From contig JAFWLZ010000034.1 of NCBI GenBank assembly GCA_017510835.1, positions 607 through 64,606 on the forward strand: a DNA stretch of 64,000 bases, in the 5' to 3' direction. This document shows positions 26,894-36,030 of the stretch, piece after piece. Made by a program: the position numbers and the translations under genes. Position 1 is the stretch's first letter; each line of letters starts with the position of its first letter. The notes below the pieces were generated by a model that saw only the letters and a program-made list of their open reading frames with translations, ran no database searches and was not told the origin of the DNA. The DNA is from Candidatus Saccharimonadota bacterium (GTDB lineage Bacteria > Patescibacteriota > Saccharimonadia > Saccharimonadales > Saccharimonadaceae).

Positions 26894-28114
26894 ATGAGTA
26901 AGATTTATTTTTCAGGGATTAATGGTGTTGGAATTAGCCCGCTGGCTGAGCTCGCGCAAGATATGGGCGTCGAAGTTTGCGGTTCAGACATGCGCCGCGG
27001 CGAACTAGCACCGGAGCTAGAAAAACGCGGAATCGAGGTTTTTTATGGCAAACAAGATGGCGAATTTCTAAGACAAAAGATTGCCGAAGGTGTCGACTGG
27101 TTCGTACATACCTCTGCTCTACCGAAAGACCATCCAGAATTACTTGTTGCGCGTGAAGCTGGTATCCGCGTCAGCAAGCGTGATGAGTGGCTAAATGAAT
27201 TCCTAGATAAATATGGCTTAAAGATGCTCGCCGTAGCCGGCACGCACGGCAAGACGACGACAACCTCGATGTTAATTTGGGTTTTCCATGAACTCGGGAT
27301 GCCGCTAAATTACGCAGTCGGCACAAGTCTTCCATGGGGTAGTCGTAGTAATTTTGATCCAGAGTCCGAATATTTTGCTTATGAATGCGATGAGTTTGAT
27401 CGTAATTTCCTCGCTTTCCATCCTTATCTTTCTGCGATTGTTTCAGTCGATTATGATCACGCAGATATTTACCCTACCGTCGAAGATTACCGTGCCGCTT
27501 TCGCACAGTTTGAATCGCAGTCAGAGATTGTTGTAAAAAACACAACAGTTGACGAGAGGATTACGCTTCCAGGCGAATTGCGCCGTAAAGACGCCTCTAT
27601 CGTCCTAGCCGCGATGCGCCATCTTTGCGACGAGTCAGACGAGAAGATTATTGAGATTTTAAACCGCTTCCCTGGCGCCGAACGCCGTTTCGAGGAAGTA
27701 TCGAAAAATGTTTTTACTGACTACGGACATCATCCACAAGAAATCAAAGCGACCGTAGAAATGGCAAAAGAAATGAAAGAGCGTCTTGTCTTAAAAGGTG
27801 CGGCAATGGTTTACGAGCCACTTCAAAATATGCGCCAATATGAATGCCGCAAGGATTATGGCGACGTATTTGTTGGGATTGAAAAATTATTCTGGGTGCC
27901 AACATTCCAGTTGCGCGAAGACCCAAATCTAGCCGTGTTAACGCCAGCAGAATTAATTAAGAGCATGAATAATCCCGAGATCGCTGAAGCAGCCGAACTA
28001 AACGATGAGTTGTCGAAAAAACTGCACGAATTGCGAGATGATGGTTGGCTAGTCTTAATGGAAGCCGGCGGCGCGACAGGCGACGAATGGCTCCGTAGAG
28101 AATTCGCAGAATAA
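26894..28114 (+). CDS. murC: Mur ligase family, UDP-N-acetylmuramate--L-alanine ligase-like
   Basis: ORF trimmed to ATG 26894. IYFSGINGVGISPLAELAQDMGVEVCGSD matches the MurC N-domain and GTHGKTTTTSM is the P-loop. At 406 aa it is shorter than typical MurC. Confidence 0.7.
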   Translation: MSKIYFSGINGVGISPLAELAQDMGVEVCGSDMRRGELAPELEKRGIEVFYGKQDGEFLRQKIAEGVDWFVHTSALPKDHPELLVAREAGIRVSKRDEWLNEFLDKYGLKMLAVAGTHGKTTTTSMLIWVFHELGMPLNYAVGTSLPWGSRSNFDPESEYFAYECDEFDRNFLAFHPYLSAIVSVDYDHADIYPTVEDYRAAFAQFESQSEIVVKNTTVDERITLPGELRRKDASIVLAAMRHLCDESDEKIIEILNRFPGAERRFEEVSKNVFTDYGHHPQEIKATVEMAKEMKERLVLKGAAMVYEPLQNMRQYECRKDYGDVFVGIEKLFWVPTFQLREDPNLAVLTPAELIKSMNNPEIAEAAELNDELSKKLHELRDDGWLVLMEAGGATGDEWLRREFAE

Positions 28115-28120
28115 AAAAAT

Positions 28121-28145
28121 ACGCTCCGAGAAGGAGCGTTTTTTA
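28121..28145. terminator. bidirectional intrinsic terminator
   Basis: ACGCTCC-GAGAA-GGAGCGT hairpin flanked by AAAAAA and TTTTTT. Confidence 0.75.
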
Positions 28146-28511
28146 TTGCTGTTCTTCTTCGTCGTCGACGGAGATATTTAACGAATCGTCTGAAAGTGGT
28201 TCCGGTGAGAAATCGTCCGCCGAATCATCAATACGCTCAATGATCGTGTCGAGTTCTTTGAGATATTCATCCATCACTCCAGCGTTGATTTCGCCTTCAT
28301 TCGAGAAGTTCTCTTTCTGGTCGTCTTCTTCGCTATGCTTCTCATCTTCGAAGATATAGCCTGGACGAGAGCGATCGAGATAAATATCGCCAGTCGCGCG
28401 ATAAATCTGAAGACTAGCAACTGTAGTCGCTACAGCAATTAAGATCGAGCTAGCGCCAAGAATCATAAGGTTGCGACGACCGCGAATCGGCTTATCAGGA
28501 TTATTGGCCAT
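28143..28511 (-). CDS. single-TM protein with a highly acidic tail (122 aa)
   Basis: RRNLMILGASSILIAVATTVASL TM helix followed by an Asp/Glu-rich C-terminus. Confidence 0.5.
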   Translation of the reverse strand: MANNPDKPIRGRRNLMILGASSILIAVATTVASLQIYRATGDIYLDRSRPGYIFEDEKHSEEDDQKENFSNEGEINAGVMDEYLKELDTIIERIDDSADDFSPEPLSDDSLNISVDDEEEQQ

Positions 28512-29016
28512 TTTTTAGCTCCTCCCGTACCTTTTCTACCGATGCACGATGTTCGCCGATAATCTCGCGGAGACGCTTCATACTATCCGAAATTTCACTG
28601 CGTTTTGCGCGAACAGATAGTAATTTATTGTAGAAATGCTGCGGATCAGACTTACAGTCGGTATTTTTGAGCGATTCAAGCTCGCGTGAATAGTCTGTGA
28701 ATTTACTCTTAAAAGTATCGCGCTCAGATGAGAGTTTGATTTGCTGCTCAGCGATTTCAGCGTTCGCACGATTATTCTTCACAAGACGAAGATTAAGATT
28801 GATAATCAGATTCGTTAAAACTGATTCATACTGCGCGCCAAGGTGCTGGCGGCTCTTAGAACCCAGCCTTTCGACATTCTGAAGTTGAAGCTTAATACTA
28901 GCGCAATTCGATGAAATCAAGCCCTGTTGCTCATCGCTGATAGTTTGGGCACAGACAGGATTTACCGCAGAAGCGACCAAGATGACAGCCGAAACTATAG
29001 CGAATGTTTTTCTCAT
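28501..29016 (-). CDS. secreted coiled-coil protein (171 aa)
   Basis: Trimmed to ATG 29016, which has TATAAT (29023-29028) 6 nt upstream. Signal MRKTFAIVSAVILVASAVNPVCA. Confidence 0.55.
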   Translation of the reverse strand: MRKTFAIVSAVILVASAVNPVCAQTISDEQQGLISSNCASIKLQLQNVERLGSKSRQHLGAQYESVLTNLIINLNLRLVKNNRANAEIAEQQIKLSSERDTFKSKFTDYSRELESLKNTDCKSDPQHFYNKLLSVRAKRSEISDSMKRLREIIGEHRASVEKVREELKNGQ

Positions 29017-29050
29017 AGCTTTATTATACAGCAATGTTTTAGGTTTTCTC

Positions 29051-32000
29051 TTATGAGTTTGGCGTCCAAACGAGGATCATGTACTTATTGCCGTTTTCAT
29101 CGGTAAATTCCCTGAGCTCATACATGTATTCTGTTTGTGTCGCACCAGAGGATATTGCTACAGTTCTGCCGGTGACTCTACCGTCATAGAAGTTTATAAC
29201 GCCAGAATTATTTGTAATACCGACGCCGTTTCGAGAAGTATTATTAACGTTTGCATTGATTGCTGGATTCGTTGTCGATACGTCAGCTTGTTCTGTGCCG
29301 CGAGTATCAGGATTATCGTCTGGAACGCCCATCGTTATTGTGCCAGTGTTTGTATTGAATATACCGTAAACATTACCATTATTGAACGCTGTTATTTCCC
29401 CGCTTGGGAAGTTGATGGTGCCAGCATTTTGAATCATTTTAACTTGACGGCCCGTTGCAGCCCATTTAGAGGTATCGAGTGTAACAGTCGAATTATCAAT
29501 ATTGACTGAGCCTCTATTTTCGAAGAAGTCAATGTAAACATTCGTATCGCTAAGCGGAACTAGCGTTAAGCTAGAATTCTTAGCCGTAAAGGATGTGTTT
29601 GCTGGAATGGTATTGATAGTGTATTCGGTAGAGCTCGGTCTCGACTGATTATTGTGATAACGAGAAGTATGCTGGACATTGTCGAATATTAATTCGCCAG
29701 TACCACTCAGGTTGATGGAATTGCTAGTGTCTTCTTCGTCTATTGGCCCAGAAACGCTATCCTTAATAGTCGTCCGATTGTTTTGAACGGATATAGAGCC
29801 TTTCAGGACTGAATTCTGAACATCTACTGTTCCATTCTCTGAATAAATTGAATAGTATGAACCATAAAGAGTTGAGTTGTTTACTGTAGTCGCACCGCTC
29901 CCTTTATTATTGAGCGAGTATGCTTTCGCAACCGCCTCAATGCCATCGATATCGAGCGTACCATTATTCCTAAACGCAACGTATGCGCTATCAACATCAA
30001 CATTATGAACGGCCAATTCTGCGCCTTCATTGTTCGTTATTACCGAAGACCCTCCTTCGAGCGTGATTGTCGATGAGTCAATTTCGTGAGCACTGTTGAT
30101 AATACCGACCTTACCATTATTTACGATTGGATTATTACTCCAAGTGTCGTAACCATGCATATCGATAGTAATCACTTTTTCTGCCGGAATAGTAAGACTA
30201 TAGAACATATAGTTCTCACCAATAATATCGATAATATCATCCTCTAGCGCTGCATCTACTGCCGCCTGGAGCGTCTTATATCTCGTGCCAGCACTGCCGC
30301 CAATTTGTGCTACATCATAGCTAGCAACAAGATAGCATTCCTGGTAGGTGACTCCACCTTCGGTAACAGTATCTGAATGCATCGATGAATCATCGGCAAT
30401 AGTTTTGATTGCACTGCCTTCGAAAGCTTTTATTTCGCCCCTTAATGTGCCATCGTAAAAGTTAAACACGCCAGAAAGCGCATATATGCTACTTGTTATG
30501 ATCGGTTTAGTACGGTCAAGTGTGCCGTCATTGCTTCCGATGGTTGCCGGCGCCGACGTCTCAGTATAGGCGCCATACATACCAGCAATTGTACCACCGG
30601 TGATAGTATATTCTTTTCCATAAACACCATAAGATGTACCCGTCGACGCAATTGCAGTTATTGTGCCTCCCTGAATAATCGTATTTTTAGCCGCCGTAAC
30701 GCCCTTTGCTGCCTTTTTATCGGATTGAGCAGAGATATTTCCGCCGCTAATTGTGCCCGAGCCAAAGCTGACGCCGTATGCTTCACCATAATATTGGCTC
30801 TCAGCCGAGATAGTTCCACCCGTAATTGAACCGCCACCAGTTGCGGCATAAGAATTACCATAAAGAGAGCTTGCAGTAATTGTACCGCTGCTAATCGACA
30901 TGTTTGAGGAGCTAATGCCGGTAGCCGGACCATTTTTAGCACCAGCAGTAATCACCGCATTATCACTGATAGTCATATAGCCAGCTTGAGCGCCCTGGGC
31001 AGACGCGGAAGAGTCCGCACACTCCGTAGAAACGGAAATCGTAGCGTCATCCTCAATTGTAAGAGTGTTGCCGCTCACGCCAGTCACAGCACCGGCAGTA
31101 GATGTCGCCGCAACGGAAAAATTATTCTTCATGTGAATTACGCCATTTCCACAGTATATAGCAACGGTGCCAGCAGTAGCGCTATCTGCCGTAATTGAAC
31201 CATTATTAAGGTTTATTGTAGTAGGTTTTTCGTAATCTCCATCTACGCAGTAAACACCTGCATTAGTACTCGTAATCGTGCCGCCATTCATCGTTAGCGT
31301 CGAACCATATATGCTATGAATCGTACGATAAGAAGAAGATAAATTGCCCGAATTAATTGTCAAATCGGTATAGTTCTTAATTGCCGACGTTGATGAGCCA
31401 ACGCCAATGATGGCGCCAGTTTGTTCTTGGCTGCTATCTTGGATAATCATCGTGCTCTTATTAATAATTGGCTGCGAATAAGACAAAGTATGTCCGTTCA
31501 AATCAAGCGTAATGGTTTTTCCTTCCGGACTATCTGGATGGACCGCTTGTACTGTCGCATCCTCGATAACCGTGATTGTGCCGGAATCGCCAGTGATTGC
31601 ATTGTAAGCGTTTCCGAGCGAATTATATGTTGCGCCATCAACTTCTAGATAGTCGCTCGCTTCTACGAGCCAACAGTTCTCTTTATCGTCAATCGTTTCT
31701 TTATGATAAGTATAACCATCTGGAATAGAAGAAATGCTGTCAGGATAATATGCTTCTGTACCGCCTTTTAATACACCGTCATAGAAACTAAAGACGGCTC
31801 CTCGATCGTTATTATGCAAAGCATATTCGCCGCCCGTTATGCTTGGATTGTCGATATTTACTCTATCGCTATTATCGCCAATGGTTACTGGTGCAAGATC
31901 TGAGTATATACCATACTTTTTACCATTAATCGTGCCTTCTTTAATAATAATTCCGTTATTACTACCAAAGTTATATGCTTGAATACCATAGCTTGTCAGG

Positions 32001-35000
32001 CCGCGATCAGAATAGGCGCTAATCGTGCCGCCAGTAATAACAGGACTAATGTTTTGGGTTCCATAGTCAAAGAAGATGCCTTTCGTAGTCGAGTAATCTC
32101 CGTGTGCTGTAATTTGTCCGCCCGTCATCGAGAATTCGCGCGAATAATAGGTATAGATGCCAAAGACACTTCCACTATAGGCTTCCGCAGTAACTACGGC
32201 TCCGTCGCTTATCGACATGCCTGTAGTTTCAGCTCTAATTCCATAAACCGTCGCGTAAGTAGATTCATTATCACGTGACGTTATTGTGCCACCTTCCAAA
32301 ATCACCGTACCGCCCTTAGAATAAATGCCTTGAGTAAATGAAGCGTTATTTACCGCCAACGCGCTTATCGTAGCATTATCTTTAATAGTTAGAGTGCCTC
32401 CATTATTGTTGATAGCATACATTTGGCTTCTGGAGGACTGAAGATTGCTAACCACAGATACATCTACAGTATCTTTTATTGTAGTATTACACTGCGTATA
32501 TACCCCAGTCGTAGCAACATTATCTATATTCTCTGCAAATATCTTCGTGTTGCCGCCGATAGTAACAGTGGCTCTAGAGCTAGAACAATATACAACGTTA
32601 CTGGAGCTAGTAATCAGCGAATTATTAATAGTCATTGAACCATATTCGCCAGTATATCGAGCGTATCCGTTTATTGTGCTGTCGTCGATTGCCACGCTTC
32701 CGTTTCTCGACGAAGAAGAAATATTGCCCGTCACCGTAGTCGAGATAACCGATATCGAACCTGTGCCGGAAATAGCACTAGTATTAGTGTTCGTCAGTTC
32801 GCCGGTTTTTGCTTGACTACTATCAGTAAGAATAAGTGACCCACCACTCAAAATTGACTGCGTGGTGTTTAATTTATGCCCATTCAAATCAATAGTGACG
32901 GTTTTTCCTGATGGGCTATTTGGAATAGCAGCCTCCAAGTCGGCATCAGTAATTACTTTAACAGTGCCGGTATCGCCTGAAATTGCGTTATATGCATCCT
33001 CGAATGAGCTATATGTATTACCATCGACTTCTAAGAAGCCCGTCATTTCTACGAGCCAGCAGTTCTCTTTATCATCAATCGTTTCTTTATGATAGGTATA
33101 TCCGTCAGGAATAGCAGAAATCGCTCCTTCGCCAATTGCATAGGTTCCACCTTTGATTATTCCGTCAAAGAAATTAATTGAACTGCCGCTTAGGCCGAGA
33201 TTTCCGCCGATAATTTCTGGATGCTCGATATCAACATTGCCGTCATTGTCTCCGAGCTTAGTCGTCCCGCCACTAGCGAGAATGCCATAAGTAGTGCCTT
33301 CAAATTTGCCTGATGTAATTGTAATGTTAGAGCTAGCATTAACGCCGGCAGCAGTACCAGTTGTATTTGCAATTGCCGTCGCCGTAACTCCAGAAACAGT
33401 GCTAGCTCCGCTAGTATTGCTGATGCCGTACGCAGTACCACTATTCGTGTTTGCAGTAACCGTTCCGCCAGTAATCGTTGCCGTGTTTTCAATTCCTATT
33501 GCCGTTCCAGTATTGCTCGTCACATTAATTGTGCCGCCAGAAATCTTCTTTGCGGAAACACCAATTGCTGGCAGTTTTTTCTTATTAACGACAGTAATTG
33601 TGCCGCCACTGATTTCCCCGCCAGTCGCCTGAATGCCCTGCGCAGTACTAACATTTGCATAGTTGCCGTTGTTTTCAACATACAGCGTACCGCCAGACAT
33701 ATTTACAATCTGAGAATAGCCCACAGTTCCTTTTCCAGTCGATGAGCTGATGACTGAAACATCACCACCGGTTTGAGTAACATTCTTACCAAAGGAGAAC
33801 GCGCTGCTCCCCATACCATTAATCGTGATTGTGCCACCGTTAATATAGGTGTTTTTAGAGTTTGATGAATTATTGACAGCTGCCCCAGATAGCGGTCCAG
33901 CAGTGATTGTGCCGCCATTAATCGTGAGTTCAGCATTACAAGCAAATGATCGCTGAGATTTTATCGTAGCACCATCGTTAATCACGACCGTACCGCCATC
34001 AATGGCGCATGTTTCCCATCCTCTGCCAGTCGTCGTATCGATTGTACCACCACTAATTGTCGCCGTAGCTGTAGCTGTGTTCAAGATGTTGCCATAGATT
34101 GTTCCATTCGTCCATTCGAAGTCTGAAGTATCATTATATATAGCCTTTGGACCACTTCGATTCCCGACAATTGCAGAATCCGCATCGAGATCATAGCTAC
34201 CACCAGATTTAGTTTCCAGCGCATAACTGGTATTTGAATTTGTTACTATAGCATTGCGTAAAATTAGTTTACCGCCATTTTTTAAAGTCGTATTTGCATT
34301 TGCGCTAACAATCGTCATGTCACGAATAGTTAGATCTCCTTCATTATCCATCGTCTGCTCGGTTTTCAGCGAGCCAGATTCAGTAGAGCTATTTAGAATA
34401 GTAAAGTCGCCATTATTTGTAGCTACATTTTTGAAAACGACGTTGTATCCTGCTATGTCAAAGACAATCTCCGTATTTTCTGGGACTGTAATAGTATAGG
34501 CAGCATTAAAATCGCGCACAGCATATATCTGATAGCCAGTTTCCGCTGAGACGTTAATGTTATCTTGGAGATCGTAATAGAATACCTCGCCGCCAACAAT
34601 TGTCTTGGAGACAGCGTTATCGTTTGCTGAGAGCTCAACATGATGAATATCGCGCGCCTGAATATAGCTGACTAGTGGGTGATAGTGAATGTCGCCAATT
34701 TCTCCGGTCTGATGATAAAATGGAGTATCATTATAGCCACCATTAAGACCAATATCGCCTTCAAGATAGCCGTCGTAATAATTGAAGGTGCCGTTCTGAT
34801 TGAGACCAACAGTCGTGCCAATAAAGCGGACATAATCATTAACGACAATCGCCGCATTCTGGTCATCATAATCATTAATACCAACAGTGAGCGTGCCGTT
34901 GTTCGTGACAGCAATGCCGTTTGGATTATTAATCTCGCCATCAAGCACGGTAAGGTCGCCATTTACGGTATTCGTGAGTGAACCAGTGACGGTATGTCCG

Positions 35001-35968
35001 TCTAGGTTGAGTGTGACAGTTTTTTCATTCGTAACCACTTCCTCAGTATCGACGAGCAAAGTAATTATATCGTTCGCCTGCGCTTCATTATGAGCAGCCA
35101 TAATGGATGGATAAATTCTGCCGGTGCGCTCAATACGAGCAACTTGTGGCCCGGATTGTTCCCAATTTGCAACAAGCGAAGTATCACCGTTAATCGTTAT
35201 AGTTGAATCAGTGTAACTGCTACTGCCATTGAGCGTCCAGTCGACGAAATCATAGCCACTGCGCTCGATATCGGACAAATCTATCTCTGTACCCTTATCT
35301 ACCCTAGTAGTATATACTTCGCCGCTATCATTGAAGGTGCCGCCATTCGGATCAATCGAAACGTTGTACTGGTCAGCTGGCGGTTGCTCGCCCCAATAAG
35401 TTTGCATGCGAATAAAGATGTGGTATGTCGCTTCACTATACTCGCTAATATCTTTATCACAATCCGTACCGTCATCATTCTCGCAGTACTTGAGCTCTTT
35501 ACTCATATTCATGCCACAGTTCATTGTGACGGATTTAAAGAACGAGTTCGACTCGTCGCCTGGAGCTAACTGGTGCTTATAGTAATACCAGCCATCACCA
35601 CCATCTTCCCAGTCGGCCTGATTCTGGAAGTTGATGATAGCAATACTATCGCCATCTTTCTGGAGAGGCATATCTTCGCCCTCTTTGGAAAGCCAATATT
35701 CATCATACTTAAGACGAAGATTAACTGTCACACCTTCTTCATTTCTAGCGATTGCAGTCTTTGGGATTTCCTGGCATGGCTGCCAATCGTCCGGAGAATC
35801 AAATGTTTCGACAAAATCGATACGAGTCACCTCATCCACATGAAATAGATTGTCAAATATATGTGTACTTTGGTTAACAGCAATCGTTCCGCCGATTGCG
35901 AGGAACCCGACGACGCCGAAAATAATCGGCAAAATTTTCCGGGACCGTTTTTCTCTTGTTTTTTTCAT
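29051..35968 (-). CDS. giant surface protein (2305 aa): SipW-type signal/TasA-like N-module, Listeria-Bacteroides repeat, four beta-helix modules
   Basis: N-terminus LAIGGTIAVNQSTHIFDNLF...DFVETFDSPDDWQPCQEIPKTAIARNE..., then YNVSIDPNGGTF..GYDFVDWTL...LVANWE (Flg_new-type repeat). This is followed by long Gly/Thr/Asn-rich GGTI-type repeats. All antisense ORFs in this span are shadows. Confidence 0.8.
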   Translation of the reverse strand: MKKTREKRSRKILPIIFGVVGFLAIGGTIAVNQSTHIFDNLFHVDEVTRIDFVETFDSPDDWQPCQEIPKTAIARNEEGVTVNLRLKYDEYWLSKEGEDMPLQKDGDSIAIINFQNQADWEDGGDGWYYYKHQLAPGDESNSFFKSVTMNCGMNMSKELKYCENDDGTDCDKDISEYSEATYHIFIRMQTYWGEQPPADQYNVSIDPNGGTFNDSGEVYTTRVDKGTEIDLSDIERSGYDFVDWTLNGSSSYTDSTITINGDTSLVANWEQSGPQVARIERTGRIYPSIMAAHNEAQANDIITLLVDTEEVVTNEKTVTLNLDGHTVTGSLTNTVNGDLTVLDGEINNPNGIAVTNNGTLTVGINDYDDQNAAIVVNDYVRFIGTTVGLNQNGTFNYYDGYLEGDIGLNGGYNDTPFYHQTGEIGDIHYHPLVSYIQARDIHHVELSANDNAVSKTIVGGEVFYYDLQDNINVSAETGYQIYAVRDFNAAYTITVPENTEIVFDIAGYNVVFKNVATNNGDFTILNSSTESGSLKTEQTMDNEGDLTIRDMTIVSANANTTLKNGGKLILRNAIVTNSNTSYALETKSGGSYDLDADSAIVGNRSGPKAIYNDTSDFEWTNGTIYGNILNTATATATISGGTIDTTTGRGWETCAIDGGTVVINDGATIKSQRSFACNAELTINGGTITAGPLSGAAVNNSSNSKNTYINGGTITINGMGSSAFSFGKNVTQTGGDVSVISSSTGKGTVGYSQIVNMSGGTLYVENNGNYANVSTAQGIQATGGEISGGTITVVNKKKLPAIGVSAKKISGGTINVTSNTGTAIGIENTATITGGTVTANTNSGTAYGISNTSGASTVSGVTATAIANTTGTAAGVNASSNITITSGKFEGTTYGILASGGTTKLGDNDGNVDIEHPEIIGGNLGLSGSSINFFDGIIKGGTYAIGEGAISAIPDGYTYHKETIDDKENCWLVEMTGFLEVDGNTYSSFEDAYNAISGDTGTVKVITDADLEAAIPNSPSGKTVTIDLNGHKLNTTQSILSGGSLILTDSSQAKTGELTNTNTSAISGTGSISVISTTVTGNISSSSRNGSVAIDDSTINGYARYTGEYGSMTINNSLITSSSNVVYCSSSRATVTIGGNTKIFAENIDNVATTGVYTQCNTTIKDTVDVSVVSNLQSSRSQMYAINNNGGTLTIKDNATISALAVNNASFTQGIYSKGGTVILEGGTITSRDNESTYATVYGIRAETTGMSISDGAVVTAEAYSGSVFGIYTYYSREFSMTGGQITAHGDYSTTKGIFFDYGTQNISPVITGGTISAYSDRGLTSYGIQAYNFGSNNGIIIKEGTINGKKYGIYSDLAPVTIGDNSDRVNIDNPSITGGEYALHNNDRGAVFSFYDGVLKGGTEAYYPDSISSIPDGYTYHKETIDDKENCWLVEASDYLEVDGATYNSLGNAYNAITGDSGTITVIEDATVQAVHPDSPEGKTITLDLNGHTLSYSQPIINKSTMIIQDSSQEQTGAIIGVGSSTSAIKNYTDLTINSGNLSSSYRTIHSIYGSTLTMNGGTITSTNAGVYCVDGDYEKPTTINLNNGSITADSATAGTVAIYCGNGVIHMKNNFSVAATSTAGAVTGVSGNTLTIEDDATISVSTECADSSASAQGAQAGYMTISDNAVITAGAKNGPATGISSSNMSISSGTITASSLYGNSYAATGGGSITGGTISAESQYYGEAYGVSFGSGTISGGNISAQSDKKAAKGVTAAKNTIIQGGTITAIASTGTSYGVYGKEYTITGGTIAGMYGAYTETSAPATIGSNDGTLDRTKPIITSSIYALSGVFNFYDGTLRGEIKAFEGSAIKTIADDSSMHSDTVTEGGVTYQECYLVASYDVAQIGGSAGTRYKTLQAAVDAALEDDIIDIIGENYMFYSLTIPAEKVITIDMHGYDTWSNNPIVNNGKVGIINSAHEIDSSTITLEGGSSVITNNEGAELAVHNVDVDSAYVAFRNNGTLDIDGIEAVAKAYSLNNKGSGATTVNNSTLYGSYYSIYSENGTVDVQNSVLKGSISVQNNRTTIKDSVSGPIDEEDTSNSINLSGTGELIFDNVQHTSRYHNNQSRPSSTEYTINTIPANTSFTAKNSSLTLVPLSDTNVYIDFFENRGSVNIDNSTVTLDTSKWAATGRQVKMIQNAGTINFPSGEITAFNNGNVYGIFNTNTGTITMGVPDDNPDTRGTEQADVSTTNPAINANVNNTSRNGVGITNNSGVINFYDGRVTGRTVAISSGATQTEYMYELREFTDENGNKYMILVWTPNS
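30300..35150 (-). repeat. four degenerate tandem coding modules (about 1.3-2 kb each) inside the giant gene
   Basis: Each module opens with a header resembling VDG.TY.S...AYNAI.GD.G...VI.D........KT.T.DLNGH.L. Most close with F.DG..KGG......IPDGYTYHKETIDDKENCWLVE. The 68-nt segments 31661-31728 and 33047-33114 match at about 60 of 68 positions (offset 1386 bp). Confidence 0.6.
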
Positions 35969-36030
35969 TGGCCTTCCCAGTTATGCTTATTTTAATTATA
36001 AGTATCGGAAGGTGGAAAAGCAAGAGCGTT

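Noticed and set aside
29135-35848. About twenty 60-125-aa ORFs on both strands inside the giant gene (for example 32445..32816, 33294..33632, 34679..34981)
   Set aside because: All lie within or antisense to the continuous 2305-aa frame. They have low-complexity, repeat-derived sequences with no start signals, so they are shadow ORFs of a repetitive Gly/Thr/Asn-rich gene.
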